From: Octopus bimaculoides
Lineage: Eukaryota
Direction of reading: 5' to 3'
DNA length: 64,000 nt
Assembly: GCF_001194135.2 (NCBI RefSeq)
Contig: NC_068985.1
Span: 54,451,659-54,515,658 of the forward strand
Position numbers and translations under genes: made by a program
Shown: one piece after another, positions 50,621 to 63,193 of the stretch
How the letters are laid out: each line of letters opens with the position of its first letter
Numbering within the stretch: position 1 is the stretch's first letter
The notes under the pieces: model-generated
What the model was told of the DNA's origin: nothing
Database searches by the model: none
Seen by the model: the letters and a program-made list of their open reading frames with translations, nothing else

Positions 50621-52294
50621 AAAGTCTTCACTAAATATGCTAATATTAATTGTTCTCTCTTCCTTGTTATTGCCTTTGTCATCAACAAAGCCTTTAATGG
50701 TGTCAAATTTGAATTTTCATTGAAAGTATGTGATATATACACATAGATATATGTGTATATATATCTATGTGTGTGTGTGTGTCTTTGTATCAGTATTTGT
50801 CCTCCACCATCTCTTGACAACAGGTGTTGGTGTGTTTACGTCACCGTAACTTAGCGGTTCAGGAAAAGAGAATGATAGAAAAAATACTAAACCTGAAATA
50901 TAAGTCCTGGGGGTCGATTTGTTCGACTAAAACTCCCTAAGGCAGTGCCCCAGCATGGCCTCAGTCAAATGACAGAAACAAGCAAAAGATAAGCGATAAA
51001 AGATATATATATTGATAGATGAATAGATATATGTGTATGTTTGTGTTTACCCTCGTCTTGACACCATGTGATGTTTGTATATAAGTATCGTTATTATACA
51101 AGTGATGTCATTCATTGTAGAATGGTTTTAACACAACCGTCTTAACAATATGCTTAGGAAAGGCCTTATGAACTTTCCCATATATATTAAAGTACTCCAT
51201 TATTAGGTTTTAAGTTTAACTTCTATCCTTTTCCTATATATTGATCTATAATTCTTTTCTAAATGTATTATAATAAATTTGCTAAATTATGAATTACTAC
51301 ATCCTATATCCCTCATTTCTAATTCCCACCCTTAAAGCTTATTTTTACCTCTTTTGTTTTCCACTATATTCCCCCTTTTATTTGATAATCTAAATAAGGA
51401 CTAGCCACCCCCATCCTTCCTTCTTCTAGTTATCACCTCTTCCCCATCAGTCATTCTTTCACTAGCAGTTCTAAAACATATCCTTTTATGTAGATAAAGC
51501 TTGTTATATGGTCCCCCCCCCCCCGATAAAATAAGGGTATGGGAGGTTGTCTGACATTAATTAATTTATCACCATCAACTGGAACATAGATGACAGCTCC
51601 CAATGGATTTAATTCTAAATGGTTGTAGACTATATGCTGCATAAAATTTCATAAATATAAATAAAAAACTATCTCANNNNNNNNNNNNNNNNNNNNNNNN
51701 NNNNNNNNNNNNNNNNNNNNNNNNNNNNNNNNNNNNNNNNNNNNNNNNNNNNNNNNNNNNNNNNNNNNNNNNNNNNNNNNNNNNNNNNNNNNNNNNNNNN
51801 NNNNNNNNNNNNNNNNNNNNNNNNNNNNNNNNNNNNNNNNNACTATCTCATCACTCCTCTATCTTGACCCCCCCCCTCCCCTACACTTATTTTCCTCTGC
51901 TACTCTCTAAATTATAGTAGGCTTAAATAGATATGCATTATTCTCTGAATTCATTCTTCCACAAATATAACATCAGGAAACAATATAATTATTTTGGTTT
52001 CTAATACTGATTTAAATTTGCTATAAATGCTAAAAATGGTTTATCCTTGATGTTGGAAATCTATATGGTCATCTGCATCTGAGAAGAGTGGTTTCTTTCA
52101 AACTGATATAATGTTTACATTGATCGATTAAATGGAGCCGCCTGAAACGGCCGTAAAGCATTGATACCTACACAGCCTTGTTACTTATTTTCATTTTGTT
52201 CACCTAACTTTGAGCTGCATGGACTATACCGAACTGGTTTGGTGCCTCAATTTAAATACCCAATTCAACTGAATCTTAATTATATATGTGTATG

Positions 52295-52341
<47 letters not shown>

Positions 52342-52347
52342 CACATG

Positions 52348-52387
<40 letters not shown>

Positions 52388-52732
52388 AGCAGCAAGCTAA
52401 CAGAATTGTTACTGTGCCAAGGAAAATGCTTAGTGACATTTCTTCCAACTTTACATTCTGAGTTCAGTTGCCACTGGAGTCGACTTTGCCTTTTATCCTT
52501 TCAGGGTCGATAAAAGAAGTGCCAATTGAACATTGAAATGGATGTAATCCATGTGCCTGCTTCCCTGAAATTGCTGGCCTTGTACCAAAATTTGAAACCA
52601 ATACACACATGCACACATATAATATTACAATGTTATTGAATTCATTATCTTCCTTCTCGTAAACAAACCCTACCTTTTACAATTGTCTTCATAACTTATT
52701 TTCTAATATTTTTGATTCTTGTTGTATTCCAG

Positions 52733-52823
52733 GGTGTTGTGGAATTTTCACTTTGTCTATTCTTTGCCAAATTAATCAGTTATACATTCCTCTACTGGCT
52801 ACCTAACTTCATCAAGAATAAAA
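52733..52823 (+). CDS. SLC37A2: SLC37A2-like exon (GVVEFSLCLFFAKLISYTFLYWLPNFIKNK), phase 0 to 1
   Basis: ttccAG / GTAAGT; highly conserved TM7 region. Confidence 0.97.
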
Positions 52824-54031
52824 GTAAGTGATTTTTGTTTTTTTTTCTCTGAGATGCCCTATGCATCTAAAAAGCAAAAGTTAAGTTTGTGCTGACATAT
52901 TTGATACATAAAGCATTAAAAAAAAAGCCATCATCATCATTTACATCTATTTTCCAAGCTGCTGGACTCCAACTTTCAACCATTCATACCAGTTTAATAT
53001 TTTAATAAGATTGTATCTGAGTACCAGTTATATACTAGGGACAGCTCAGTTAACTATACTTTCTGAACTTTTTCCAAAATAATCATTTCTAAATAAGTCA
53101 TTTAATTATATATCTCAAAGTGAACTTATTTGTAAATAATAACTGATAATATATTAGGTTAAAAACCCCTCGGATACAAAGAAGGCAGAAAGCTACTTTT
53201 TTCCATTCAAGAGGTTTTTATCCAATATATTATCAGCTACCTTCTTGTGCCTTGAGAGTATGCCCTCCTATTTCATTACCACTATCCTTTCTCCCTTTCC
53301 AACTGGGGTAGCCATGTATCTTCTCTGTAGCAAGACACCTAGTTATGTTCCTCTATCATACTTTAGTCTCTCAACACTTGGCTTGACCCTTTAACATTTA
53401 AACCAGCCATATCCTGCCCAAATATTCTACCTGTTTTATGTTCAAACCAGCCAGATGCAGCCTTTCCAACCTACCCTATGATGTCATTTTAAAAGTAAAA
53501 AATCACATTTTTGAGGTTTTGAATTTATGGGATGATGCATGGTTAATTCAAAACAATGTGAATAAATAAGCATTACATGTGACAAAATAATCTGAATGTT
53601 GAATGGTTAAAGCCACCTCCTAACTTAATCAAAGGGTTTTGTTTTAGAAGTTACTCATTGACTTCACTAATGCCTGTGCCACAAAAAAAGCACCAAGTAT
53701 GCTCTGTAGGTGATAGAACTCATGCCAAAACAAAAACTGGAGCTGATGCATCCTCTGGTTCTTCAGATCCTGTGCTACCCTGGAAAATTGCCTTAAATGA
53801 TGATGCTGGTGATGGTATTTGGTTTAAGATACACCATCAAATGACCTATTTACATGTTTAACAATACTTTTACATTTATAGAATGTTGTACTAACTTATA
53901 AAAACATTTAGAATACCTTCTAGTATATTGTGTTTGCATAATGAAGTACCATGTACCTACAAGTCTTTAATTTTTATAGTTATATTCTAAACGTAAATAT
54001 TCATTTCTGTTTGTTGCCTTTGTACATTCAG

Positions 54032-54094
54032 CTCATTATAATGCTCAGCGGGCTGCAAATTTATCAACCTTTTTTGACACAGGAGGTATTATTG
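54032..54094 (+). CDS. SLC37A2: SLC37A2-like exon (THYNAQRAANLSTFFDTGGII), phase 1 to 1
   Basis: cattcAG / GTAAGT; conserved LSTxFDxGGI. Confidence 0.95.
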
Positions 54095-54957
54095 GTAAGT
54101 AGCATTTGTTTTCTTTTTTTCTTTGTAGATGCCAGTAGTCACCAAACCAACATTAGTAGAACTCTATTTATGTGTGTTGGGGGGGGGGGGACAACTTGAG
54201 TTTGTTATATACAAACTATAATGAAATGCTTCAGACAATCTCCTTTGACATTTCGAAGAGGTTATATTAATTTGTGCATTTACTTTATGCACATATTTTT
54301 TATGCTAGCACGGTTGGGCATGGGCTTGGCTTTGGTAGCATTTTACTACCAGGTTTAACACCTCTACAGCAAGAAACCAGCTCTGTTTTTGTTCTTCCTT
54401 TCATCTCCTAGCATAAAGCCACCTTCTATTGCGGCCCTACTCAGTTTTTCAGGCTGTATGGCAACCTCACTAGTGTTGGTGTCATGAAAAAAAAAATAAT
54501 CCAGAATGCTCATTAAAGTCATTGGTGTTAGGAAGGGCATCCAACTGTAGATATCCATGCCAAGGGAGATACTGGAGTGTTGTACAGTCTTCATACTCAT
54601 CATATCTTGTCAAACTAACACATGCCAGCATGAATGATGGGTGTTAAAAGATGATGATAGTGGTGGTGATTTTCATGTTGCTATTCTTTATTTGTGCTTC
54701 AGACAAAGGACTATATATTTCACTGGTCTTTCAAAGTGTAAAATACCAGTTGAAATGTCAGTGTGAAATGTAAGCAACATAACTTTCACTCGTATGGTAA
54801 CAACCACAAAACTGAGTGGTACTACAGTAGAAGCTTGCTAGATATTTGGTCCAGTACTATATCTATAGATGCAGAACTGCTACATAAGTTAACTTTCTAG
54901 AAGAAAGATGAGAGCTTACACTTTCAAATTGTCACTGAGTAAAAAAAATGTGACCAG

Positions 54958-54999
<42 letters not shown>

Positions 55000-55003
<4 letters not shown>

Positions 55004-55502
55004 ATGGTGGCAAAGGTTAGATGGTTTGACCGAAACTGGTAAGCCGTAGGGTTACAACAGGTTCCAATCTGATTTGGCCTGGTTTCTATGCTGTATGTCG
55101 TTCCTAATGCTAACCACTCCAAGAGTGTAATGGGTGCTTTTTATGTGCCACAGGCTTGGGTGCCAGTTATATGAGCCCGGCATTGGCCACAACTACGATT
55201 TCACTTGGCTTGACGGGTCTCCTCAAGCATGGCATATCGTCAAAAGTCTCGGTCACTTATAATTGCCACCATGAGGCCTAATGTTCAGGGTGCACATTTT
55301 ATGTGTCATCAGCATAATTGCCAATTACCTGACAGTAGCATCAACCACAACTACGATTTCACTTGGCTTCACGGGTCTTCTCATGCACAGCATATTGCCA
55401 ACTGTCTTGGTCATGTGTCATTGCCTCCATGAGGCCCAATGTTCATGCTTTACCACCTCGTCCCATGTGTTCCTGGGTCTACTCCTTCCACATGTTCCCT
55501 CC
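55000..55502 (-). mobile_element. RTE LINE 3' end with an internal duplication, ending about 90 bp upstream of an exon
   Basis: Homologous to 38900-39250; ccacaactacgatttcacttggctt is present twice. Confidence 0.7.
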
Positions 55503-55589
55503 TCAGATTCACAACAGATTACTATTTAAGTTCTTTGAACACTGTTTTGTAAAACTAAATTTTCAACTAAGAATTTTATTTCCTTTCAG

Positions 55590-55675
55590 GTGGTATATGT
55601 GCTGGATTTCTCTCAGACAAAACTAAATCCAGTGGAAGTATATGTATGATTATGTCAGCAATTGCAGCTCCACTA
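55590..55675 (+). CDS. SLC37A2: SLC37A2-like exon (GGICAGFLSDKTKSSGSICMIMSAIAAPL), phase 1 to 0
   Basis: tcctttcAG / GTAAGT; conserved GGIxAGxxSD. Confidence 0.95.
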
Positions 55676-56377
55676 GTAAGTAACAAGTAACAATCCTTTT
55701 GTTTGCTTTACCCTTTTGATAGCAACCCGCCTAAGACTGTCCTTAGTTTTATAAAACAAATTCCCTGTTTTAAAGGGATCTAAATTAAAACCTTCCATCA
55801 AAATTCATTGTAATTGCATATTCTACACACCAGTTTAATAATGACCAAGTCATTTTAATAAATTCTTTATTATTCTCAAGATTAATTGTAACAAAAATCA
55901 TTTTATTTCCACAGAAATATGGCAATAAAAGGGTTGTCAGTCTGTAAAACTAGTATTAACCATCACCAGTAATTCATAAAGAAAAAAGGGTTCATCACTG
56001 TTACTCTTATCATAATTATCATAATTTCTTTTATGTCTGTTTTTCCATGCTGGCAGGGATTAGACATGTTTGCAACTCAGCAGCTTCCACAAAGCTCGAT
56101 CTTATTTACATAAATTTCATTGTTGTATTATTCTGCCAGTGTAATCATCATCATCATCATCATCATCGTTTAATGTCCGCTTTCCATGCTAGCATGGGTT
56201 GGACGATTTGATTGAGGACTGGTGAAACCGGATGGCAACACCAGGCTCCAATCTAATTTGGCAGAGTTTCTACAGCTGGATGCCCTTCCTAATGCCAACC
56301 ACTCAGAGAGTGTAATGAATGTAATTAATATTGTTACTACATACCAGTGGCCTTTCTGTACTGTCAGTCACTGTTTC

Positions 56378-56480
56378 CTCTCCTATTTGCCATCAGTCAC
56401 TCTTCACTCTTATTTACCATCAATCCCTTTCATTCCTATTTACCATCAATCACCTTCATTCCTATTTACCATCAGCTGCC
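56378..56480. repeat. Minisatellite, about 26-31 bp x4 (tatttaccatcaatcaccttcattcc)
   Basis: Direct reading. Confidence 0.75.
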
Positions 56481-56971
56481 TCTGCCTCTGTGTACCACTA
56501 ACCACATCCACTCCTTCCATTATCCATTAGTCTCTTCCTTTAAATACACACACTCTTGCGACCATGCAACCAACCACCTTTCCTGATTCTTTTGTCACCT
56601 CTCTCCTCCTCTCTCCCTCTCTATCTCTCTCCCCCTCCCTCTCTCTCTCTCCTCCTCCCTCCATCTCTCTCTCTTCTATTCACCTTCCTGGATGCATTAC
56701 CTTGAGGATATAAACATATCACAGGATATATATGGAAAGTGAGAGAGAGAAAAGTTTAATTATTTTTTGAAAATTACTCTAAAGTATGTTATTGTCATAG
56801 ACCATATATTGCACTGTCAGAAACAATAATACAACACTCTGTACACTTCGCTCTGAGTATCGCCACTTCAGTATTTAGTGATTGAACACATACTGGATCA
56901 GAGTAATTTCGATATCTTCCCACCAAATCAAAGTACATTTGAATATTTCCTACTGGATCAAGTACATATAC

Positions 56972-57003
<32 letters not shown>

Positions 57004-57005
<2 letters not shown>

Positions 57006-57190
57006 GAGAATTCACGAAAAAACAACAGACAAAGACAGGTGGTGTAAACAACAAATGGATGCATTAGTATAACACTCGGGAATAGAAAGTCTTTAACGTT
57101 TCGAGCCTACGCTCTTCAACAGAAAGGAACACACAAAGAAACAAGGAGAGAAAAAAATATGTGTAGTGGTCAGCAATCTATCATGGCGAA
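57004..57190 (-). mobile_element. Penelope-like pseudo-LTR fragment with a minimal hammerhead-like motif, embedded between microsatellites
   Basis: Minus strand 57126-57091: cttt-CTGTTGA-a-gagc(gtag)gctc-GAAACG-TT-aaag. Confidence 0.6.
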
Positions 57191-57212
57191 TATATATATA
57201 TATATATTCACA

Positions 57213-59066
57213 CAGGGTGTGTCAAAAGTAAGTAAGCATTAAAAATCTATATATATAAAAATGAGAATGTGTGTCTGTGTGTGTGAATCCCTAAAACTCG
57301 AGAACTACGCAACCAATTTCATTCAAATTTTACAGATGCCTTACTTAGGGTTCCAGTTGTGTTTTAGTAAAAAAAAATTTTAACNNNNNNNNNNNNNNNN
57401 NNNNNNNNNNNNNNNNNNNNNNNNNNNNNNNNNNNNNNNNNNNNNNNNNNNNNNNNNNNNNNNNNNNNNNNNNNNNNNNNNNNNNNNNNNNNNNNNNNNN
57501 NNNNNNNNNNNNNNNNNNNNNNNNNNNNNNNNNNNNNNNNNNNNNNNNNNNNNNNNNNNNNNNNNNNNNNNNNNNNNNNNNNNNNNNNNNNNNNNNNNNN
57601 NNNNNNNNNNNNNNNNNNNNNNNNNNNNNNNNNNNNNNNNNNNNNNNNNNNNNNNNNNNNNNNNNNNNNNNNNNNNNNNNNNNNNNNNNNNNNNNNNNNN
57701 NNNNNNNNNNNNNNNNNNNNNNNNNNNNNNNNNNNNNNNNNNNNNNNNNNNNNNNNNNNNNNNNNNNNNNNNNNNNNNNNNNNNNNNNNNNNNNNNNNNN
57801 NNNNNNNNNNNNNNNNNNNNNNNNNNNNNNNNNNNNNNNNNNNNNNNNNNNNNNNNNNNNNNNNNNNNNNNNNNNNNNNNNNNNNNNNNNNNNNNNNNNN
57901 NNNNNNNNNNNNNNNNNNNNNNNNNNNNNNNNNNNNNNNNNNNNNNNNNNTGCAAAGTGTTGAGTAAAATTATTTCGTTGCAGACCTCCTTTGGGTCTTT
58001 TTATTATCACTACGACACACATAGTCCCCAGTTGGTAACATTGATTTCAAGGCCCTCCTAGATGTGAGACTGGCATTCCACTTAATGTCTATGTTCCATG
58101 CTGGCATGGATTGGAGAGTTATTAATGTAGAAATATGGTATCGTAGCTACTAACAGTTGAGGGTTGCATAGTCTAGACGGCGTTTTTAGATTTCATTATT
58201 TTCTTTAACCCGGGCAAAGCCAGGTATTTCTGCTAGTTGATAATAAAATCCATATTCCTTTCACAAATTTATTGAAACAAATGATACATGTTCTTTATGA
58301 CATGGGAAAATGAAAGTAAATCTTCATATCTCAACGTAAGCACTGGTGGTGTTAACCTCTTTCCTCAAATGGCCATGGATGGAATGAACAACTTTCTGAA
58401 GAACGTTGTCTGGGAAATCATTGAGAACCTCCTGAATCCGTATCTCCAAGTCCTCCAGTGTGCAAGGTTTTGTCTTGTACACCTCCTCTTTTGTGTAACC
58501 CCACAGGTAAAAGTCACATGAAGTGAGATCTGGACTTCTGGACTTCTGCAGTCAGTCTTCAGTTTTAGCCCCTGCATGTAATGGGGTTTCCACGGACGAA
58601 AATTCAGTTCTTTATGCAACAACGTACGTATTGTGTGTCTTGTAAATCCACTTTCATGAGTTGCTTGACATATTGATTATTGCGGGCTGCAATTAAACAT
58701 TTCCTGCACTGTTGCCACTTTCTCCAATGATCAGGATGTGGTTGGACGGTCACTTCTTCTTGCATCATTCACAGAGACTGTGGTCATCAGCTTTGCATGA
58801 CAACTTTTGTCACCAAACGTAATGTTGCATGCTTACCTTTCCTTGCATGCCCCATTTTTGAAACAAAAACAATGGAATTCCGCACTTCATAGCATGCTAT
58901 TATCGTAGCTCGCTCCTGAACAGTCAAGTGACAAGCCTTCAGAAAAATAAGAAATAAGAAATCCCTATTAGTGTTGTCTATTTAAAAAATGTTTACATCA
59001 TGTCTTTAGTGATACTAAAAATTCTATAAGCAATTTTTAATGGCTAGTTACTTTCCACCTACCCTA
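57213..59066 (-). mobile_element. Internally deleted Tc1/mariner-superfamily element (DD41D/rosa-like), carrying a Helitron inside one TIR
   Basis: TIRs cagggtgtgtcaaaagtaagtaagcattaaaaa|ttg and caatttttaatggctagttactttccacctacccta. Minus-strand remnants SVNDARRSDRPTT..LHKELNFRPWKPH, then RSPDLTSCDFYLWGYTKEEVYKTKP. The first two catalytic D are deleted, so the spacing cannot be counted. Confidence 0.75.
57245..58236 (+). mobile_element. Non-autonomous Helitron, copy 1 (N gap 57385-57950)
   Basis: A|TCTATATATATAAAAATGAG ... cccgggcaaagccagg hairpin, tatttctgCTAG|T. Confidence 0.9.
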
Positions 59067-59461
59067 TATATATACACACTCACTTACATATATGTCTGTA
59101 TATATATATATTTATAGGAGTTTTATAGGAGGTTGATTATCTACATGCATACATACATACATACATAACATAACATACATAGATATATATATAAGAAAAA
59201 GAAATGACACAAGAAAAACAATAGTTATGTTATGAACCTTGTTTGCTTACAGCTGTTACTGCTATAAGATGCAGTGGATTTGTAATTGAGTCTCATAATC
59301 GGAACCTCGAATATGACATGCAATTTATTTGGGGAAAAAAATTACATTTGTGCAATATACAGGGAAGGCATTACCAGTGAGAAAATCATTACTGGTGTAT
59401 ATAAAAACGTGTATCTCCAAAAGGTAATTAGATTTACTAGTACAAAAAGTAGGAAAAAATG

Positions 59462-59508
<47 letters not shown>

Positions 59509-59879
59509 GCATGCACTTGAAAAACTTATGCTGATACACAGCCATGTACACAGCCATGTACACAGCACAGATACATACACATTCACACACAGATGTATAT
59601 ATATATGCGTGTGTGTATATGTTTACATGTATACATATACATGTATGAAATACATATCCACAGACATACACATAACATACACACTACATATGCACACAAA
59701 TTTCCATATTTGATGTCAAATACTTTTTTCTCAAAAAATCTTTCAAATTATTACCCCAAGTCATGCTTTCCTGGGCATGGACACAGTAAAATTCTAGCAT
59801 CTGGTAACTGATTTGGTAGACACCCACAAGATTATCCACCGTCTTTCCAACAACCTTGGCTATTTTTTTGAATTCTGTT

Positions 59880-60140
59880 TATCTAACACTCATGGACATG
59901 CTTACAAAATCACAAAAACCAACTCAGCACTCATGATTTTCAGAAACATTTTGTTTTCATATTGAGAATTGCTGATGCATGGAATAAACTACCCACATCA
60001 GTTGTTAGCTGTAGGAACACATCCTTCAAAACTTCCTTGCTTCCTGAAATTCACCAACAATACACCTGATGCTCCTCACACCTGTTTTATTTTTACAACT
60101 TATTCACTGTTCACTTCCTGTGCATATTCTATGTACTGTT
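59880..60140 (+). mobile_element. CR1-like LINE 3' end
   Basis: SNTHGHAYKI..RIADAWNKLPTSVVSC..FK resembles the CR1 TRGH..K..FFS.RVV..WN.LP..VV motif. Confidence 0.7.
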
Positions 60141-60446
60141 CGTGCAGTTTTTGGTTACTTTTTCTGATGAGTTGTAGAGCACTAAATACAATAAGTTCAT
60201 TATTATTATATCTTATTTTAAGTCCCTTGTGTGAAATTGGGCCTATATTACATGCTTTAATGCACTAAAAACATTTTCCTAATATCTGCAGCTAAAACTG
60301 TGTGCATTTAATATGCCTGTGCATCTTTTGACCCAGATATGATAGTATTTACATAATGTTTTTACATTATTCTGAAAAATATTTTGAATTTAAATGAGAA
60401 AACAAGCAACTTATGATGTAAAGTGCATTTATGTCTTTATTTGCAG

Positions 60447-60495
60447 CTCTATACTTACAATGCATATGGTGCAGTGAATTACACTTGGAATATTG
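60447..60495 (+). CDS. SLC37A2: SLC37A2-like exon (LYTYNAYGAVNYTWNI), phase 0 to 1
   Basis: tttgcAG / GTATGT; matches the vertebrate MFLYNYIG segment; phases fit. Confidence 0.9.
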
Positions 60496-60819
60496 GTATG
60501 TAATTCTTCTTCATTTTAAAGTTTTACTTTATTCATGTGGTGAGGAGGGAGTAGCTTCTATGTAGTGTCTTAGCCACTAAGAAACAGCAACCAAAATCCC
60601 CTTCAAATCATACCTTAGTTAATGTAGTTGTAGATACACTGGTTCTGAACAGCAGACAGGATAGCCCTAGCTGAAATATTTTTGACCATAGATCTGCTGT
60701 TTTAGAGCTGACATGGAGCAAAATAACTGGAAAGTCACCTTAGATAATGTAGTCCTAGATATACTATGTCTGAAAAAAGATGAAATGGGTCTAGCTGAAA
60801 TAATTTTCACCATCAGTCT

Positions 60820-61057
60820 TATTTCTTTATTGCCCACAAGGGACTAAACATAGAGGGGACAAACAAGGACAGACAAAGGGATTAAGTCGATTACATCGAC
60901 CCCAGTGCGTAACTGGTACTTATTTAATCGACCCTGAAAGGATGAAAGGCAAAGTCGACCTCGGCAGAATTTGAACTCGGAAGGTAGCGGCAGACGAAAT
61001 ACTGCTAAGCATTTCGCCTGTCGTGCTAACGTTTCTGCCAGCTCGCCGCCTTCTCCA
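60820..61057 (-). mobile_element. Young SINE family A copy (long-tail variant) with a 15-bp TSD
   Basis: TSD tttcaccatcagtct at 60805-19 and 61058-72. Confidence 0.9.
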
Positions 61058-61423
61058 TTTCACCATCAGTCTACTGGATCAGAGGTAACCTGGAGCTAAG
61101 TAGCAACAAAGAAGGACATATTAAATGTTGTAGTCCTAGATATACTGTCTGAATAACAGAAATGCTGTATCTTGAATGAGTTTATCATAGGTCTTTTGAA
61201 TCAGGGATGACCTGGGGTTAAATAACAACAATCAGATAATATATTCCTAGATGTGTTACTAAGTCTACTACCCAAGTAGGCTACAGTGGGATTTGAACTC
61301 AGAATGCAAAGAGCCAAAACAAATATCACAAGGTACTTGATCCAATGTTCCTACAGTTCCACCTGTCTACTATTTTTTTTATTGACCTCAAAAGAACGAA
61401 AGACAAAGTTGACCCCTTTGTAA

Positions 61424-62745
61424 TCTATATATATAAAAATGAGAATGTGTGTGTGTCTGTCTGTCTGTCTGTCTGTCTGTGTGAATCCCTAAAACTCGAG
61501 AACTACGCAACCAATTTCATTCAAATTTTACAGATGCCTTACTTAGGGTTCCAGTTGTGTTTTAGTCAAAAAAAAATTTTAACTTCTTGCAGAGTTCGAG
61601 CCCACAGCAACATAATATCTCCTCCACTATTTAAGTATTACGTGTCAAAAGTGAAACAAAAACACTCATGTCAAATACTTTCACTTTAAAAATGAAACTA
61701 TTCCACTAACTGAAACAATCACATTTCGATACTGTAATGACAGATACTTTCAGAGAAAGAGAGAGAAAGAGAGAGAGAGANNNNNNNNNNNNNNNNNNNN
61801 NNNNNNNNNNNNNNNNNNNNNNNNNNNNNNNNNNNNNNNNNNNNNNNNNNNNNNNNNNNNNNNNNNNNNNNNNNNNNNNNNNNNNNNNNNNNNNNNNNNN
61901 NNNNNNNNNNNNNNNNNNNNNNNNNNNNNNNNNNNNNNNNNNNNNNNNNNNNNNNNNNNNNNNNNNNNNNNNNNNNNNNNNNNNNNNNNNNNNNNNNNNN
62001 NNNNNNNNNNNNNNNNNNNNNNNNNNNNNNNNNNNNNNNNNNNNNNNNNNNNNNNNNNNNNNNNNNNNNNNNNNNNNNNNNNNNNNNNNNNNNNNNNNNN
62101 NNNNNNNNNNNNNNNNNNNNNNNNNNNNNNNNNNNNNNNNNNNNNNNNNNNNNNNNNNNNNNNNNNNNNNNNNNNNNNNNNNNNNNNNNNNNNNNNNNNN
62201 NNNNNNNNNNNNNNNNNNNNNNNNNNNNNNNNNNNNNNNNNNNNNNNNNNNNNNNNNNNNNNNNNNNNNNNNNNNNNNNNNNNNNNNNNNNNNNNNNNNN
62301 NNNNNNNNNNNNNNNNNNNNNNNNNNNNNNNNNNNNNNNNNNNNNNNNNNNACATAACAGATGAGCATTATTTGTAATTCAACGGTACAACAGTGTAAGA
62401 CTACCCTTTCAGATATACTTTCATTGTGATTTCTGCAAATGTGGTGCATAAATTGTCAAGTAAATGAGACACATCTTTGCCTCCACTGATTCACTTGCAA
62501 AGTGTTGAGTAAAATTATTTCGTTGCAGACCTCCTTGGGTCTTTTTATTATCACTACGACACACGTAGTCCCCAGTTGGTAACATTGATTTCAAGGCCCT
62601 CCTAGATGAGAAACTGGCATTCCACTTAATGTCTATGTTCCATGCTGGCATGGATTGGAGAGTTATTAATGTAGAAATATGGTTGCGTAGTCTAGACGGC
62701 GTTTTTAGATTTCATTATTTTCTTTAAGCCGGGTATTTCTGCTAG
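61424..62745 (+). mobile_element. Non-autonomous Helitron, copy 2 (N gap 61781-62350)
   Basis: A|TCTATATATATAAAAATGAG ... tatttctgCTAG|T; both ends nearly identical to copy 1. Confidence 0.9.
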
Positions 62746-63193
62746 TAATCAATATATTTGAACCCAAGTACTGACCTAGCTGACATCTAGTGTATATCTT
62801 TATAATAGTATGGCAACTCCAGATAACGTTGATTATAATTAATACCTCTCAGAACCACAAAATTGAATTATTAAGGAAATTAATCAATTTTCTCTTTAAA
62901 CTTCATCGTCATCATAACCATTTAATGTCTTGTTTTCTGTGTTCACATGGGTTGGACAGTTCAACAGAATCTAACATGTTAAAAGACCATGTTATATTCC
63001 AGTGTCTGGCATGGATTCTACAGCTTTATGTCTTTCCTAGTATTGTTCACTTTGCACGATGTACTGGGTACTTTTTTATGTAGCACTAGCACCAGTGAGG
63101 TCACCATGTAACTAGCTTGCAAGACTAAGATTCCCGTTAAATTTAAAGAAAGAAAAAAATTGTAACTACAAATGTGTTCTGTTTAATTTTCAG

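Noticed and set aside
51451-51642. 63-aa ORF MQHIVYNHLELNPLGAVIYVPV...
   Set aside because: Short, no recognisable motif, next to a gap; not distinguishable from a chance ORF.
59286-59811. YIYIYI/HTHT/poly-H ORFs here and throughout the track
   Set aside because: Translations of (TA)n, (CA)n and (CAT)n microsatellites.
4082-62449. Long ORFs full of X in the track (4082, 5617, 5731, 40753-41501, 57345, 61706-62449, etc.)
   Set aside because: They only span N gaps (4122-4398, 5735-6275, 40790-41415, 42172-81, 48269-329, 51677-841, 57385-950, 61781-62350) and are not evidence of coding sequence.
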